DNA of 64,000 nucleotides from Bacteroidales bacterium (GCA_016929525.1 JAFGIP010000097.1:64713-128712), one strand, 5' to 3'; positions 20,419 through 30,163 are shown, counted from the first letter of the stretch. Made by a program: numbers and translations. Notes: a model not told the origin generated them from the letters alone.

Positions 20419-21579
20419 CTACTTTCTGATTCGTCTTCGGATGGTGATAAAAATAAAAGACAACATAGCTGCAGAAATACCTGCAATTATTGCAAGTACA
20501 ATACTTCCCAGGATATATTGCAGAGCTCCTGATTTCAGATTTGACCACTGCAGGTTTCCGTCAAAATTTAAGTGCACCGGATTATCAACAAAAAATTTTC
20601 CCATTACAAAACTACCATACCAGATAATTGGCATCATGGGCGGAATACTGATATTGGAAGCAACCAGAACGAGTGGTTTATTCAGCCTGAGAAAATGGGC
20701 CAGAAAAGCTGCTGTTATCATTTGGTAACCCCAGATAGGCACAATACCCATAAATACACCAAAGCCAACAGCTGAAGCCAGCTTTAGACCAGGTTCACCT
20801 GAACCTAAAAGTATCTTTAGTTTTTGGAGATTGAAATCGCGAAAATATCTGACCGGATGAGCATATAGAAATGCGACCAGAACCAGGATAGTATTGAGGA
20901 TGCTGATTCTGGTAAAATCATTAAACGGACGAAAATGCGAAACACGTTTTTCTTTAGGGAAATATTGAACTTCTATCGGCAGACTTTTTACAGGTATTCC
21001 TTTCCATGCAGCGCGGACGATGACTTCTATTTCAAACTCGAATTTCTGTGTATAGAATTTCATGTTCTTTAGTTTTTCAATTGGGTAAAGCCGGAATCCT
21101 GACTGCGTATCCGGTAATTTTCTTCCGGTTTCCACCCAGTACCAGAAATTTGAGAATCGGTTACCAAAACTGCTTTTCCCGGGTACGCAATCTTTTTCCA
21201 TGTTTCGTGCACCAATTACAAGTGTTTCAGGTTCCAGGCTAAGATGTTCAATAAACTTCGTCAGATCATCGGGATTGTGCTGACCATCGGAATCGATAGT
21301 GATTGCATTTTTGTAATCAAGTTCAAGCGCTTTCCTGAAGCCTGTGCGCAATGCATTACCTTTTCCACTGTTGTCGGGTATATTTATAACAGTAATATTG
21401 TTGTAGTTATTGAGAATTTCTTTTGTTGAATCGGTCGAACCGTCATTTACCACAATAATCTGATCTGTATATTTTAAGGCACCTTCAACAACTCCCGCCA
21501 GGGTTTTATCGTTGTTGTACGTTGGTATAATTACACAGCACTGAAGCTGACGAAACACATCATCTAATTCATTCTTCAC
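20419..21579 (-). CDS. Family 2 glycosyltransferase fused to a polytopic membrane (DUF2062-like) C-terminus
   Basis: 386 aa. GT-A motifs VIIPTYNN, VVNDGSTDST and DSDGQH, then about 4 TM segments. Confidence 0.75.
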   Translation of the reverse strand: MKNELDDVFRQLQCCVIIPTYNNDKTLAGVVEGALKYTDQIIVVNDGSTDSTKEILNNYNNITVINIPDNSGKGNALRTGFRKALELDYKNAITIDSDGQHNPDDLTKFIEHLSLEPETLVIGARNMEKDCVPGKSSFGNRFSNFWYWVETGRKLPDTQSGFRLYPIEKLKNMKFYTQKFEFEIEVIVRAAWKGIPVKSLPIEVQYFPKEKRVSHFRPFNDFTRISILNTILVLVAFLYAHPVRYFRDFNLQKLKILLGSGEPGLKLASAVGFGVFMGIVPIWGYQMITAAFLAHFLRLNKPLVLVASNISIPPMMPIIWYGSFVMGKFFVDNPVHLNFDGNLQWSNLKSGALQYILGSIVLAIIAGISAAMLSFIFITIRRRIRK

Positions 21580-21940
21580 TGAATACTCCTCTTAATTTGG
21601 TATATATATTATAGTTTTCTGAGATTGTACAGCTGGTTTCAATTCCTTCATCTGTTTTGTGATACTTTATATTGATAATAATGCCAGAGCCAAAAGGAGG
21701 TATAATGGCCGACCTGTATTTTATATCTTTGGCTTTGCGTAATATTAATTCGCATTTTAAAACTGATGAAAGTATCTGCCTTGTTATTTCTACCAGGCAA
21801 ACACCCGGTGTTACAGGATTCTCCGGGAAATGACCTTTGTAAATATCATGATCGATATTCAATGACAGTTCAGCAGAGAGCTCTTCAGGAGAATTCTCGG
21901 TTATCTTGTATGAAAACAGATCACTTAAAGGCATTTTCAA
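21569..21940 (-). CDS. FabA/FabZ-like hot-dog dehydratase
   Basis: 123 aa. HFPENPVTPGVCLVE is the FabZ-type active-site His motif. Confidence 0.7.
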   Translation of the reverse strand: MKMPLSDLFSYKITENSPEELSAELSLNIDHDIYKGHFPENPVTPGVCLVEITRQILSSVLKCELILRKAKDIKYRSAIIPPFGSGIIINIKYHKTDEGIETSCTISENYNIYTKLRGVFSEE

Positions 21941-22544
21941 CTTTTTTTAACTGTATCCTGGTCTTCAGTTTCATGTTTACTGTAATTGCAATGGGTGTAG
22001 AATTTTGCTCATATTCACCGGAAGCAATTTTATTTCTTCCTTCATGCAACAGAACATAACTTCTATATCCATTCTTTATTTCAACGATCTGATATCCCCG
22101 TTTAAGCTTACAAAAATAATCGTTTTTATCACTGGCAGCAGGCTGACACACTGATTTACATTCCGGAGTATTAATCAGTAATGATAACAACTGCCTGGTA
22201 AATTTCAATGCTGCCTTTTTTTGCAGTGGCTCAATGCAATACGTATTTATAATTTCATTCCTTTTACAACTGAACTCCATAATTTTAATCCCGACTTCAG
22301 AAAGAAATACTATCCTTGTTTCTTCTTCATCAGGCATATTTCTGAAAGCAATCAGGCCGCTGAAACTGTATTTGTAAATATCGAAGCCGGCCTGATAAAG
22401 AACAGGTATATCAGAGTTAAGAGCAATAACAGGTTGGCAGATTTTGCCGGGTACTTCAACAACCGGAATACAGCTTTTTGGAGTGTTACAGGCAGCTGTC
22501 AGCAAAAAACTAAGGACTGAAAATATTTTCAGGCAGTATTTCAT
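21921..22544 (-). CDS. Lipoprotein of unknown function (pigment-cluster associated)
   Basis: 207 aa. Lipobox FLLTAAC. Its start overlaps the LolA-like gene by 35 nt. Confidence 0.55.
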   Translation of the reverse strand: MKYCLKIFSVLSFLLTAACNTPKSCIPVVEVPGKICQPVIALNSDIPVLYQAGFDIYKYSFSGLIAFRNMPDEEETRIVFLSEVGIKIMEFSCKRNEIINTYCIEPLQKKAALKFTRQLLSLLINTPECKSVCQPAASDKNDYFCKLKRGYQIVEIKNGYRSYVLLHEGRNKIASGEYEQNSTPIAITVNMKLKTRIQLKKVENAFK

Positions 22545-23184
22545 TTATTAACTGGTTTGAAAAACGAATTACGGTGTAGTCGTTGCTAACTTCAATCATC
22601 TTTATTTCAACTACGGTATAGTTTTTCTTATCGAAGTACAACTCTATTTTATCGATAAGTTCTTTAATGTAATCTGCAGATGGTTTTAATACAACAAGGT
22701 ATCGATCGTTATTTTCAAATGTATTAATATCGTAATTATCCTGTTGATATATCTTACCACTTACAGCACCAAGGATCATATCATTAACCTGTTTAAACAT
22801 TTCATTATTTCTGGTATCAAATTCATTGCTCGAGCTTTCACTAATCATTTTGAGCTTACCATCGTTCAGGAGAAGTATATACTCGTATGGAGCGTGGTAT
22901 TCCCATCGGACACTGTTTGGTGATTTAAACCAAAACATTCCCTTCGATTTCAATCCTGTTTCAAGATATTGTAAATGTTTTTCCTGTGTAAATTCAGCCT
23001 GAATTGTCTGCAGGTCAGAAGTGAATTTATTAAGCTGTATTGAAAACTGTTCCTCATTTGTTACCGCCGTATATCCTTTTGGCTGGGCCTTTAGTATTGG
23101 TATATGGGGAAACAGTAAACATGTAAAAAAAAATAATGCTGAAATATATTTAATTCTGTTCGTTCTCATCTTCCAAAAGTTCAT
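22510..23184 (-). CDS. LolA-like outer-membrane lipoprotein carrier protein
   Basis: 224 aa. Signal peptide. FTQEK...KSKGMFWFKSPNSVRWEY resembles the LolA-family signature. Alternative start M6 (nt 23169). Confidence 0.65.
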   Translation of the reverse strand: MNFWKMRTNRIKYISALFFFTCLLFPHIPILKAQPKGYTAVTNEEQFSIQLNKFTSDLQTIQAEFTQEKHLQYLETGLKSKGMFWFKSPNSVRWEYHAPYEYILLLNDGKLKMISESSSNEFDTRNNEMFKQVNDMILGAVSGKIYQQDNYDINTFENNDRYLVVLKPSADYIKELIDKIELYFDKKNYTVVEIKMIEVSNDYTVIRFSNQLINEILPENIFSP

Positions 23185-23944
23185 CTATTGAAACAGGCTG
23201 TAAGTTTTGCTGTTTGCAATATACTAAAAGCTCTTCTAATATTTTGATTACTTTTTCTGAAGAGTCGTGCAGTAAAATTATGCTGCCTGGTTTTATTCTT
23301 TTTCTTATTCTCCTGAAAATTCTGTCAGGTTCATCTATTACTGTATCCAAAGATCTTATTGACCAGCCGATAATAATAAATCTGAAACTTTCCAGCGATT
23401 TTGCAATAAGCGGATTGGTGATTCCGTAAGGCGGTCTGAAATACAGCGGAGGTGCGCCTGTGATTTTTTCAATTATTTTCTGGGTCTGAAGAATTTCATT
23501 TCCGATACTTTTTACTGACATTATTGGGAACCATGATCTATGATTTAGAGTATGATTACCGATAGTATGTTTACCCTTGTATATCTTTTTTACTGTATCT
23601 GGGTCTTTTTCAGCGTTTTTACCAACAATAAAGAATGTACCCTTAGCATTGAATTTTTCCAGCAGTTCAAGAACTTCTATAGTGGCATTACCAGGTCCGT
23701 CATCGAAGGTGATGGATACTTTTCTGATATTTGGATTACCGGCACAAGTAATTTTAATGTATACACCGGACCGGATGTGAAACGATGAAAAAATCAGGAA
23801 GAATATCCAGATAATAAGCAGCAATAAAAACGGATATAAACCATAATCAGTGAAATATCCGATGGCAATTCCTGCTATCAGTGATATGGCAATAACCCAC
23901 CGAAGAGGTTTATATATTGGTTTTCGAAACCAGGATGAATGCAT
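23150..23944 (-). CDS. Membrane-anchored NodB-type polysaccharide deacetylase
   Basis: 264 aa. Two N-terminal TM helices. NodB motifs TFDDGP, HTLNH, RPPYG and LLHD. Confidence 0.8.
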   Translation of the reverse strand: MHSSWFRKPIYKPLRWVIAISLIAGIAIGYFTDYGLYPFLLLLIIWIFFLIFSSFHIRSGVYIKITCAGNPNIRKVSITFDDGPGNATIEVLELLEKFNAKGTFFIVGKNAEKDPDTVKKIYKGKHTIGNHTLNHRSWFPIMSVKSIGNEILQTQKIIEKITGAPPLYFRPPYGITNPLIAKSLESFRFIIIGWSIRSLDTVIDEPDRIFRRIRKRIKPGSIILLHDSSEKVIKILEELLVYCKQQNLQPVSIDELLEDENEQN

Positions 23945-24977
23945 GTTCGTCCGGAGTATTATAATGATGAATTAAAATCCTGTTAATTTGTTTTTGATCA
24001 TATATTCTCTGATCCCATGACAGATATTCTGGCAATACCTGTGTGCGTAATACAGCTTCTGCCAGCCAAAGTGCAAAAGCTGAAGCTGAGTCATGTTCAC
24101 CACAAAGATGTTTATAGCAACATTTACAGGCAGAAGGCAGCATTCTGTTGTAAAAACCAACATACTGATTATTTTTCAAACTATCGCCATTGATTCCTGA
24201 GATTACCAGTTGGATGTCATCAGCACAGATGTTATTCTCCTGAAAGATATTTTGAAGTTTCTGATCCGGATCGCCGGAAAAAATCTTTACTCCATCAATT
24301 TTTGCATATATACTACTATCCTCTTTATCTGTTAGTAAAAAGAAAGCAGAACCTTCACCTGAAATGGTTCCTGTTGTCTTACTGTTTGGAAGAATTTGAA
24401 GATCATCATCTTCATTTTTCCAATAGCCTGCCTGTTTTTTAAGGTTAAAATCGGTTTCATTGAATTCGTCAATGCCACCCAGTAAAACATTTTCTTTCCC
24501 TTCATTTAACAGAAGGATAGAATCGAGAAGGCCGTGTTCAAATGATGAGTTACTGTTTACATATACACTATTGTATTCCTGGCATCCTAATAACAATGCT
24601 ATTTGTCCTCCAACTGTATTATGTGTTGACTGAATGAATGTTGCAGGCGAAAGAGTCTGTTCATTTTTTTCGACAATCTCATCCAAAAATCTGAAAGTAT
24701 CTGCCAGGCAACCCCAGCCGGTTGTAGTAATTATTGCATCCGGTTGTTCCAAATCAGCTTTTTTAAGGCATGCAATTGCCGCACATAATCCCATTTTCAC
24801 AACCCTGCTCATTCTCCTGAGTTTAACAGGAGGAATATAGTTTTTATATTCAGGTTCTATAGCATTCATACGCAGGTTTGCCGGCATATTCTCTTTCCAG
24901 GGAAAACTTTCATCAAAGGTTGGCTGGGGCGTTATAGCTCCTGTACTTTTTATATATGCGTTCATCATTCTATTCAA
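23910..24977 (-). CDS. Ketosynthase-like protein without a canonical catalytic triad (chain-length-factor-like)
   Basis: 355 aa, thiolase-fold-like. No ACxSx Cys block, and the HGTGT and GHxLGAAG motifs are degenerate (GEHDSASA). Translationally coupled to the KS upstream by an 8-nt overlap. Confidence 0.6.
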   Translation of the reverse strand: MNRMMNAYIKSTGAITPQPTFDESFPWKENMPANLRMNAIEPEYKNYIPPVKLRRMSRVVKMGLCAAIACLKKADLEQPDAIITTTGWGCLADTFRFLDEIVEKNEQTLSPATFIQSTHNTVGGQIALLLGCQEYNSVYVNSNSSFEHGLLDSILLLNEGKENVLLGGIDEFNETDFNLKKQAGYWKNEDDDLQILPNSKTTGTISGEGSAFFLLTDKEDSSIYAKIDGVKIFSGDPDQKLQNIFQENNICADDIQLVISGINGDSLKNNQYVGFYNRMLPSACKCCYKHLCGEHDSASAFALWLAEAVLRTQVLPEYLSWDQRIYDQKQINRILIHHYNTPDEHAFILVSKTNI

Positions 24978-26160
24978 TGGCAGAGAATATTAAAGAAGTA
25001 TCGCACCCCCCAAAGCCAAATGAGTTTGAGAGTACATGCCTGATTTTTTTCTCTTTGTATTCCATTACAGGGATCAACCCTGTCTCAGGTATTGGGTTTG
25101 TAAACCGAAGATTTGGGTACAAAGCACCATTAGTTATTGACAAAACAGAAAATATTGCTTCTATACTGCCGGCAGCTCCCAGACAATGGCCGGTATAAGC
25201 TTTTGTTGAACTCAGGTCGGGAATCCCTTCTTTAAAAAGCCTTATAATGGCGATGCTTTCTGTAAGGTCGTTGTTATCAGTACCTGTTCCGTGAATATTT
25301 ATATAATCTATTTTATCAGGATCAAGTTCTGCAGATATTAATGCTTCATACATGGCTTTATAAGCGCCTCTCCCGTCGGGCGATGAAGCAGTCTGATGAA
25401 ATGCATCATTGGTATTGGCATATCCCGAAACCTTACAAAAACCTTTGGCATTTCTGTTTTGAGCCGTTTTCTTCGACTCCAGGAAAACAAATCCGGCACC
25501 TTCGCCCAGGTTCAGGCCTCTGCGTTCTGCAGAAAATGGTTTGCATGGTTCGGGATCAAGTATCATTAATGAACGAAAACCGTTAAGCGTAAAGGATGAT
25601 AGGGCATCGCTTCCGCCTGCCAGAACTGCATCGAGAATTCCATTTTTAATAAGTCTTGCTCCCAGCATAATTGCATTTGCCGAAGAAGAACAGGCAGTAC
25701 TGATAGTATTCACATAATCATTGATATCGAAGTACTTTGCGAGGTATGACGTTGTAAAACCACAATGGTGCATAGGAATATATTCGCCCGGATTACCTTT
25801 CCTTTTATAAAGTTCTTCAGTTTTGTCCATTCCTCCAACGGTAGTGCCAAGGATAATCCCTACTCTTGCCTTCCCCTTTTCTTTAAATACGGCACTTTCC
25901 ATTGCTTCTTTTGCTGCTTTTAACGCCAGCAGTGCAGTGCGTGGCAGTTGTTTTTTTATATCTGATTCATTTGAAAGTTCCGAATTGCTTAATTCTACTT
26001 CTCCTGCAACATAGTCATTTTTGTGTATTGTATTAAGCTTTTTAATTGGTTTGATACCTGATTTCATTTCTTTCAGGGAATCTTCGCATTCAGACAGATT
26101 CTTACCAATGGAAGAAATAATTCCAAGTCCGGTAATCCATATTTCGTTTTTTTCTTTCAC
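24970..26160 (-). CDS. Beta-ketoacyl-ACP synthase (KAS I/II type)
   Basis: 396 aa. TISTACSSSANAI (active-site Cys), HGTGTDNND, YTGHCLGAAG. Confidence 0.85.
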   Translation of the reverse strand: MKEKNEIWITGLGIISSIGKNLSECEDSLKEMKSGIKPIKKLNTIHKNDYVAGEVELSNSELSNESDIKKQLPRTALLALKAAKEAMESAVFKEKGKARVGIILGTTVGGMDKTEELYKRKGNPGEYIPMHHCGFTTSYLAKYFDINDYVNTISTACSSSANAIMLGARLIKNGILDAVLAGGSDALSSFTLNGFRSLMILDPEPCKPFSAERRGLNLGEGAGFVFLESKKTAQNRNAKGFCKVSGYANTNDAFHQTASSPDGRGAYKAMYEALISAELDPDKIDYINIHGTGTDNNDLTESIAIIRLFKEGIPDLSSTKAYTGHCLGAAGSIEAIFSVLSITNGALYPNLRFTNPIPETGLIPVMEYKEKKIRHVLSNSFGFGGCDTSLIFSAIE

Positions 26161-26173
26161 TGGACAAGAGTAC

Positions 26174-26800
26174 TTATTCCGTCATGTTAAAATCGTTTTG
26201 TAATTCCGGAGCATTAAATATTCGGCCTCTACTGCCGGAATACCTTTCAATTAACCATAGACATGCTTTATAGCGATCCTGGTCGATATAATCTGTCCAG
26301 CCGGTAATACAAACTTCAGTATCAGAATCAGCAAAAAGCATTTCGGTTTGTTCAACCAATATCTTTGGGTTAAAAGACTCTTCAACCAAAAACAGGTTTT
26401 CTCCTTTCAAACCGTATCTTATCGAAATTTCGCCGGTGGCAATATTTGGCAGGGTATATACAAAAACCGCCGGACTTGGTATAGTGTCGATGGTACTGGT
26501 AAACTTTCGGTCGGTATCTAAAGTAGATTCTGAATTTGAAAGTATAATAGCTGTTTTATCCGGATTAAATTGCTTAAGATTAACTTCTTTGTTAAGCATT
26601 TCCGTTACAAGGAATGTTAGTTTACTTAAGTTATCCATCTTGTAATATTTTGGATAACTGCATTTCAACATATTATACAAACTTTTACCAATAGTCTTAA
26701 AATTGCTGTCCGGATCATTAAAAATCAGGCGCTCATCGGTATAAACTTTATTTTTATTGATACCTATAAATTTGCGTATGTTGAGTTTTTCAGCAGTCAT
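26174..26800 (-). CDS. Small ketosynthase-related protein (half-KS), no catalytic Cys evident
   Basis: 208 aa. PSPAVFVYTLPNIATGEISIRYGLKG resembles the substrate-loop region of KS/CLF proteins. Its start shares nt 26800 with the stop codon of the upstream KS gene. Confidence 0.5.
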   Translation of the reverse strand: MTAEKLNIRKFIGINKNKVYTDERLIFNDPDSNFKTIGKSLYNMLKCSYPKYYKMDNLSKLTFLVTEMLNKEVNLKQFNPDKTAIILSNSESTLDTDRKFTSTIDTIPSPAVFVYTLPNIATGEISIRYGLKGENLFLVEESFNPKILVEQTEMLFADSDTEVCITGWTDYIDQDRYKACLWLIERYSGSRGRIFNAPELQNDFNMTE

Positions 26801-27903
26801 TATTTTTCAAGCAATATTGCAGCATTACAACCTCCAAAACCAGACGAAAGTTTAAGGCAACGCTTCAGTTCAATTTTTTTATTCTGATCGATGATTTGCA
26901 GGTTTTTAATGGTTCCGGGTTTATTTGTCCCCAACGATTTATAAACCAGGTTTTGCAGCATGGAATGCTTTGTAAGAATGGTTTCAATTATGCCGGCAGC
27001 ACCGAGGGTATGACCAAAATACCCCTTAAAGCTGTTTACCGGTGCGTAATCAAGCCCGGCTCTGTGAATTGCAAAACTTTCCATATCATCGTTGTATGGC
27101 GTTGCTGTGCCATGAGCAGAAATAAAATCTATATCGGAATCATCTTTAACTGTATTCTTTATTGCCAGAAAAAGACCTTCACCGGTTCTTGACGGACCTG
27201 AAATATGATTGGCATCGTTTGCCGATGCTCCTGAGACAACCCTGATACTTTTTTCTGAGGGATCTTTTGAAATCACAACTGTACCGGCACCTTCACCCAG
27301 TGATAATCCATCCCTGTCAGCATCGAACGGGCGACATGGAAGTTCGCTCATCGATTTGAAGGATTCAAAACCTGCCACAATGAATTCATTGACAACATCA
27401 GCCCCGGTAATTACTACGTTGTCATATTTTCCGCTATCGATATATCTTTTAGCAACAATAATTGCAAGCACACCGGAAATGCAGGCATTGCATACAACAA
27501 CCGGATCGTTTTTAAAACCAAATAAACGGGATATTTTTCCGGCAGTATGATGTAAAAACACATCCCTGCTATCCTTTTGTTCAGTTTTTAATAATCCGAC
27601 ATTACCTTTAGTTGTTGACAGGATGAAAAGAGTGCGCGGGGAAGCTACATCGATGAGGCTTTCGGAAAGAACCTTTTGTAATGAAAGAGAAGTTATTTTT
27701 TCGAAGAAAGTCAGGTTGCTGTTTAATGAAGAAGTTTCTTTTTCAATTTTCTCCCGGGAGACAACGGATACTGGAGACTTTGTTAGATATTGGTAATTAT
27801 GTTCGTGTTTAATACCGGTTATACCGGCATGAATTTGGGATAGCACCTCATCTGTGCTGGTTCCGAGAGAAATAATAATATTATCGTGGTTAATGTATGC
27901 CAT
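26800..27903 (-). CDS. Beta-ketoacyl-ACP synthase (KAS I/II type)
   Basis: 367 aa. VVCNACISGVLAI, AHGTATPYNDD, FGHTLGAAG (Cys-His-His triad). Confidence 0.8.
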   Translation of the reverse strand: MAYINHDNIIISLGTSTDEVLSQIHAGITGIKHEHNYQYLTKSPVSVVSREKIEKETSSLNSNLTFFEKITSLSLQKVLSESLIDVASPRTLFILSTTKGNVGLLKTEQKDSRDVFLHHTAGKISRLFGFKNDPVVVCNACISGVLAIIVAKRYIDSGKYDNVVITGADVVNEFIVAGFESFKSMSELPCRPFDADRDGLSLGEGAGTVVISKDPSEKSIRVVSGASANDANHISGPSRTGEGLFLAIKNTVKDDSDIDFISAHGTATPYNDDMESFAIHRAGLDYAPVNSFKGYFGHTLGAAGIIETILTKHSMLQNLVYKSLGTNKPGTIKNLQIIDQNKKIELKRCLKLSSGFGGCNAAILLEK

Positions 27904-27905
27904 AA

Positions 27906-28382
27906 TTAATCAATTAACCCCAGTTTTCTTTTCCAGTCTTCAATAAATTTTGGCAGAATGAGTTGTAAGTTACCTTCTATGTCGGTAAAAACCTGTATAG
28001 TACTACCTTCTGCAACCACCTCCATATTTTCTGCTTTGAAGATAGTGTATTCAAGAACAATTTTAGCAGCAGGATTATCTACATAGCGAGTTTCGACGAT
28101 TAATTTATCTCCATATTTTACGGACTTCTTGAAATTACAATTTAATGATACAACCGGTGCTGCTATACCTTGCTCTCTCAGAACGGGGTAAGGAATACCG
28201 TATTTCAATCCGAAGCTTTCCCTGCCATCTTCAAAATATTTAACGTAATTTCCATGCCATACCACGTTCAACGGGTCCAGCTCATTAAATCTCACTTCAA
28301 TTTCTTTTCTTGATATTAAGGTGGCGATTTTTTTCATGCCACAAAAATAATAATCCGAAACATTTACACTCCTAAATCCCAA
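27906..28382 (-). CDS. 4HBT/YbgC-type hot-dog thioesterase
   Basis: 158 aa in the longest ORF; the likely start is M16 (nt 28337, MKKIATL...). VRFNELDPLNVVWHGNYVKYFE is the 4HBT-family Asp/His region. Confidence 0.7.
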   Translation of the reverse strand: MGFRSVNVSDYYFCGMKKIATLISRKEIEVRFNELDPLNVVWHGNYVKYFEDGRESFGLKYGIPYPVLREQGIAAPVVSLNCNFKKSVKYGDKLIVETRYVDNPAAKIVLEYTIFKAENMEVVAEGSTIQVFTDIEGNLQLILPKFIEDWKRKLGLID

Positions 28383-28412
28383 ATAAAATTACACTGATAA
28401 GAAAATCATGGT

Positions 28413-29429
28413 TTACCTGATCAGGTAAACCAACTCACCTTCCTTCTTGTCGAACATTTCATTATCTGAAGTAAATAATTCTTTTCCCTGGAAAAGGGTT
28501 AAATAAAAATTATAAACGTTCGGATGATTTTTTTCTACTTCAGTTCTTCCGAGAAAGATGTTGTGTTCAATAGTGGCTATATCATTAAAACTGATATATT
28601 CGGCATTTTTAGCCAGGTGAGCATCGTATTCAGAGCCCAGTGGTTTTGTAAGACGAAGAATTTTAACTCCCCTCAGGGGTCTGTCACCCTTGTTAGAAAC
28701 AATATATATTCTTTTCTGGATATTTAATTGTTCAACCCATTCTGCATGATTTCTTTGTGGCACAGCAGCTGCATTAAGAATCAGGTTATCAAAATACTGC
28801 TCCGGGATAATATCTTCTAAATCATTTTTCACCATATTACGTGCTATATGATTACCCATGCTGTGAAACATAAGTGAAACGGATGCATCAGGGAAATGAG
28901 TCTGTTGTAAAATATGAAAATCACTCATGCTTTGGACGAAATTCTTTGTAACCTTACGGGCATTTCTGGCAGTTTTCCGAAGTGCAAAATAATCGGTCGG
29001 CCAGTCAAACATTACCATGTTTACATTATAGCGGTCACCAATCTGGAAACCACGGTCAATGATTTGGCGAAACGATTTTCCGTGACCATTCACAAACACA
29101 AGAAAATTTTTATTGGGTGAAAGCTTTTCAAGAGCGCTTTCCATAGAAGAATAGGGTGTTATGTAGGCAGAATCACCAATTCTGCTCGCTATGAAGTAGA
29201 ACATTTTTCTTGTTATATGTACTTGTCGCAAATACAAATAGTCATCCTCAGGTTCAAAATGCCTGTTACTGATAATCAGGATATTCTTTTCAGCCTGCGC
29301 GGGGATTTTATCTACAAATGTGTATTCCCGGAAACAGGCAGAGAAAATATCTGGTTTACCCGCATGGATTGTACCAGTTAATAAAACTATCAGTGTCAGA
29401 AATAATATCGTTTTCCTGTTAACATTCAT
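28413..29429 (-). CDS. Secreted alpha/beta-hydrolase, DUF900-like
   Basis: 338 aa. Signal peptide. VFVNGHGKSF, MFDWPTD and the nucleophile elbow FHSMGNH match the DUF900 esterase pattern. Confidence 0.6.
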   Translation of the reverse strand: MNVNRKTILFLTLIVLLTGTIHAGKPDIFSACFREYTFVDKIPAQAEKNILIISNRHFEPEDDYLYLRQVHITRKMFYFIASRIGDSAYITPYSSMESALEKLSPNKNFLVFVNGHGKSFRQIIDRGFQIGDRYNVNMVMFDWPTDYFALRKTARNARKVTKNFVQSMSDFHILQQTHFPDASVSLMFHSMGNHIARNMVKNDLEDIIPEQYFDNLILNAAAVPQRNHAEWVEQLNIQKRIYIVSNKGDRPLRGVKILRLTKPLGSEYDAHLAKNAEYISFNDIATIEHNIFLGRTEVEKNHPNVYNFYLTLFQGKELFTSDNEMFDKKEGELVYLIR

Positions 29430-29498
29430 TGCTCATAATCTTATTTAGCATTATTAACAGAAAATCCAATTATTTGTTTAATTAAAAAAGACAATAAT

Positions 29499-29527
29499 TA
29501 AACAAAAAGTCCGGCTATTAACCGGAC
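29499..29527 (-). terminator. Intrinsic terminator inside the pigment cluster
   Basis: The minus strand reads GTCCGG-ttaatag-CCGGAC followed by TTTTTGTTT. The hairpin begins 28 nt downstream of the 29555..30163 stop and sits in the only long (125-nt) gap of the cluster. Confidence 0.55.
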
Positions 29528-29554
29528 CTCACAGAATTTATTTTAGAATATTTT

Positions 29555-30163
29555 TTACCAGCTGCTCTTTTCTTCACCGGCCTGTTTCATAATATCGGCT
29601 ATTGCTCCCGCCCAATAGTTACGTATTCCGAAGCCAACAGGTTTTCCAACCAACTTTCGGGTGAATACAACTTTTTTTGTGGGAATATGAAAATAGGTAA
29701 CCCAGATACACCCTTCCACCCTGGGTTTGTCAAAACTTTCGGCAATAAAAACGAGTCCGTATCCTTCCAGGTCTGCTTTATAATCTTTTATGATCTTCTG
29801 TATTTCACCCTCCTGTATTTTGTAATTATCACCTTCGGGTATTTCCACTATAATATCAGATACATTTACATCTTCATTTCTTCTGTAAACATCGCCAAGA
29901 TCGGTTTTAATTTCAATGCAATGGAAATATTTCGGGATATCATACTTTTCCGGTTCACTGATAATAAGTCTGTTCCATCCTTTAAAATACTTGTCTCTTA
30001 GTTCATATCCTGATGGAAATGCGAGATCATCAACGAATCTGGCTTGTGAAAAATCGATACCGAACCATGTAATGGTTTCAGCATTTAGAGCTTCTTCTTT
30101 TGTTTGTGAAAAAGCGGCAGAATAAAAAATCAAAAACAGAGAGTAAATTATAATCTTTTTCAT
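29555..30163 (-). CDS. Secreted hypothetical protein
   Basis: 202 aa. Signal peptide MKKIIIYSLFLIFYSAAFSQ. Overlaps the upstream dehydratase stop by 4 nt. No family recognised. Confidence 0.55.
   Translation of the reverse strand: MKKIIIYSLFLIFYSAAFSQTKEEALNAETITWFGIDFSQARFVDDLAFPSGYELRDKYFKGWNRLIISEPEKYDIPKYFHCIEIKTDLGDVYRRNEDVNVSDIIVEIPEGDNYKIQEGEIQKIIKDYKADLEGYGLVFIAESFDKPRVEGCIWVTYFHIPTKKVVFTRKLVGKPVGFGIRNYWAGAIADIMKQAGEEKSSW

Noticed and set aside
20405-20728. 107-aa plus-strand ORF at the GT2/MMPL junction
   Set aside because: It lies entirely antisense to the membrane C-terminus of the GT2 gene, its composition is not protein-like, and the minus-strand genes are contiguous here.
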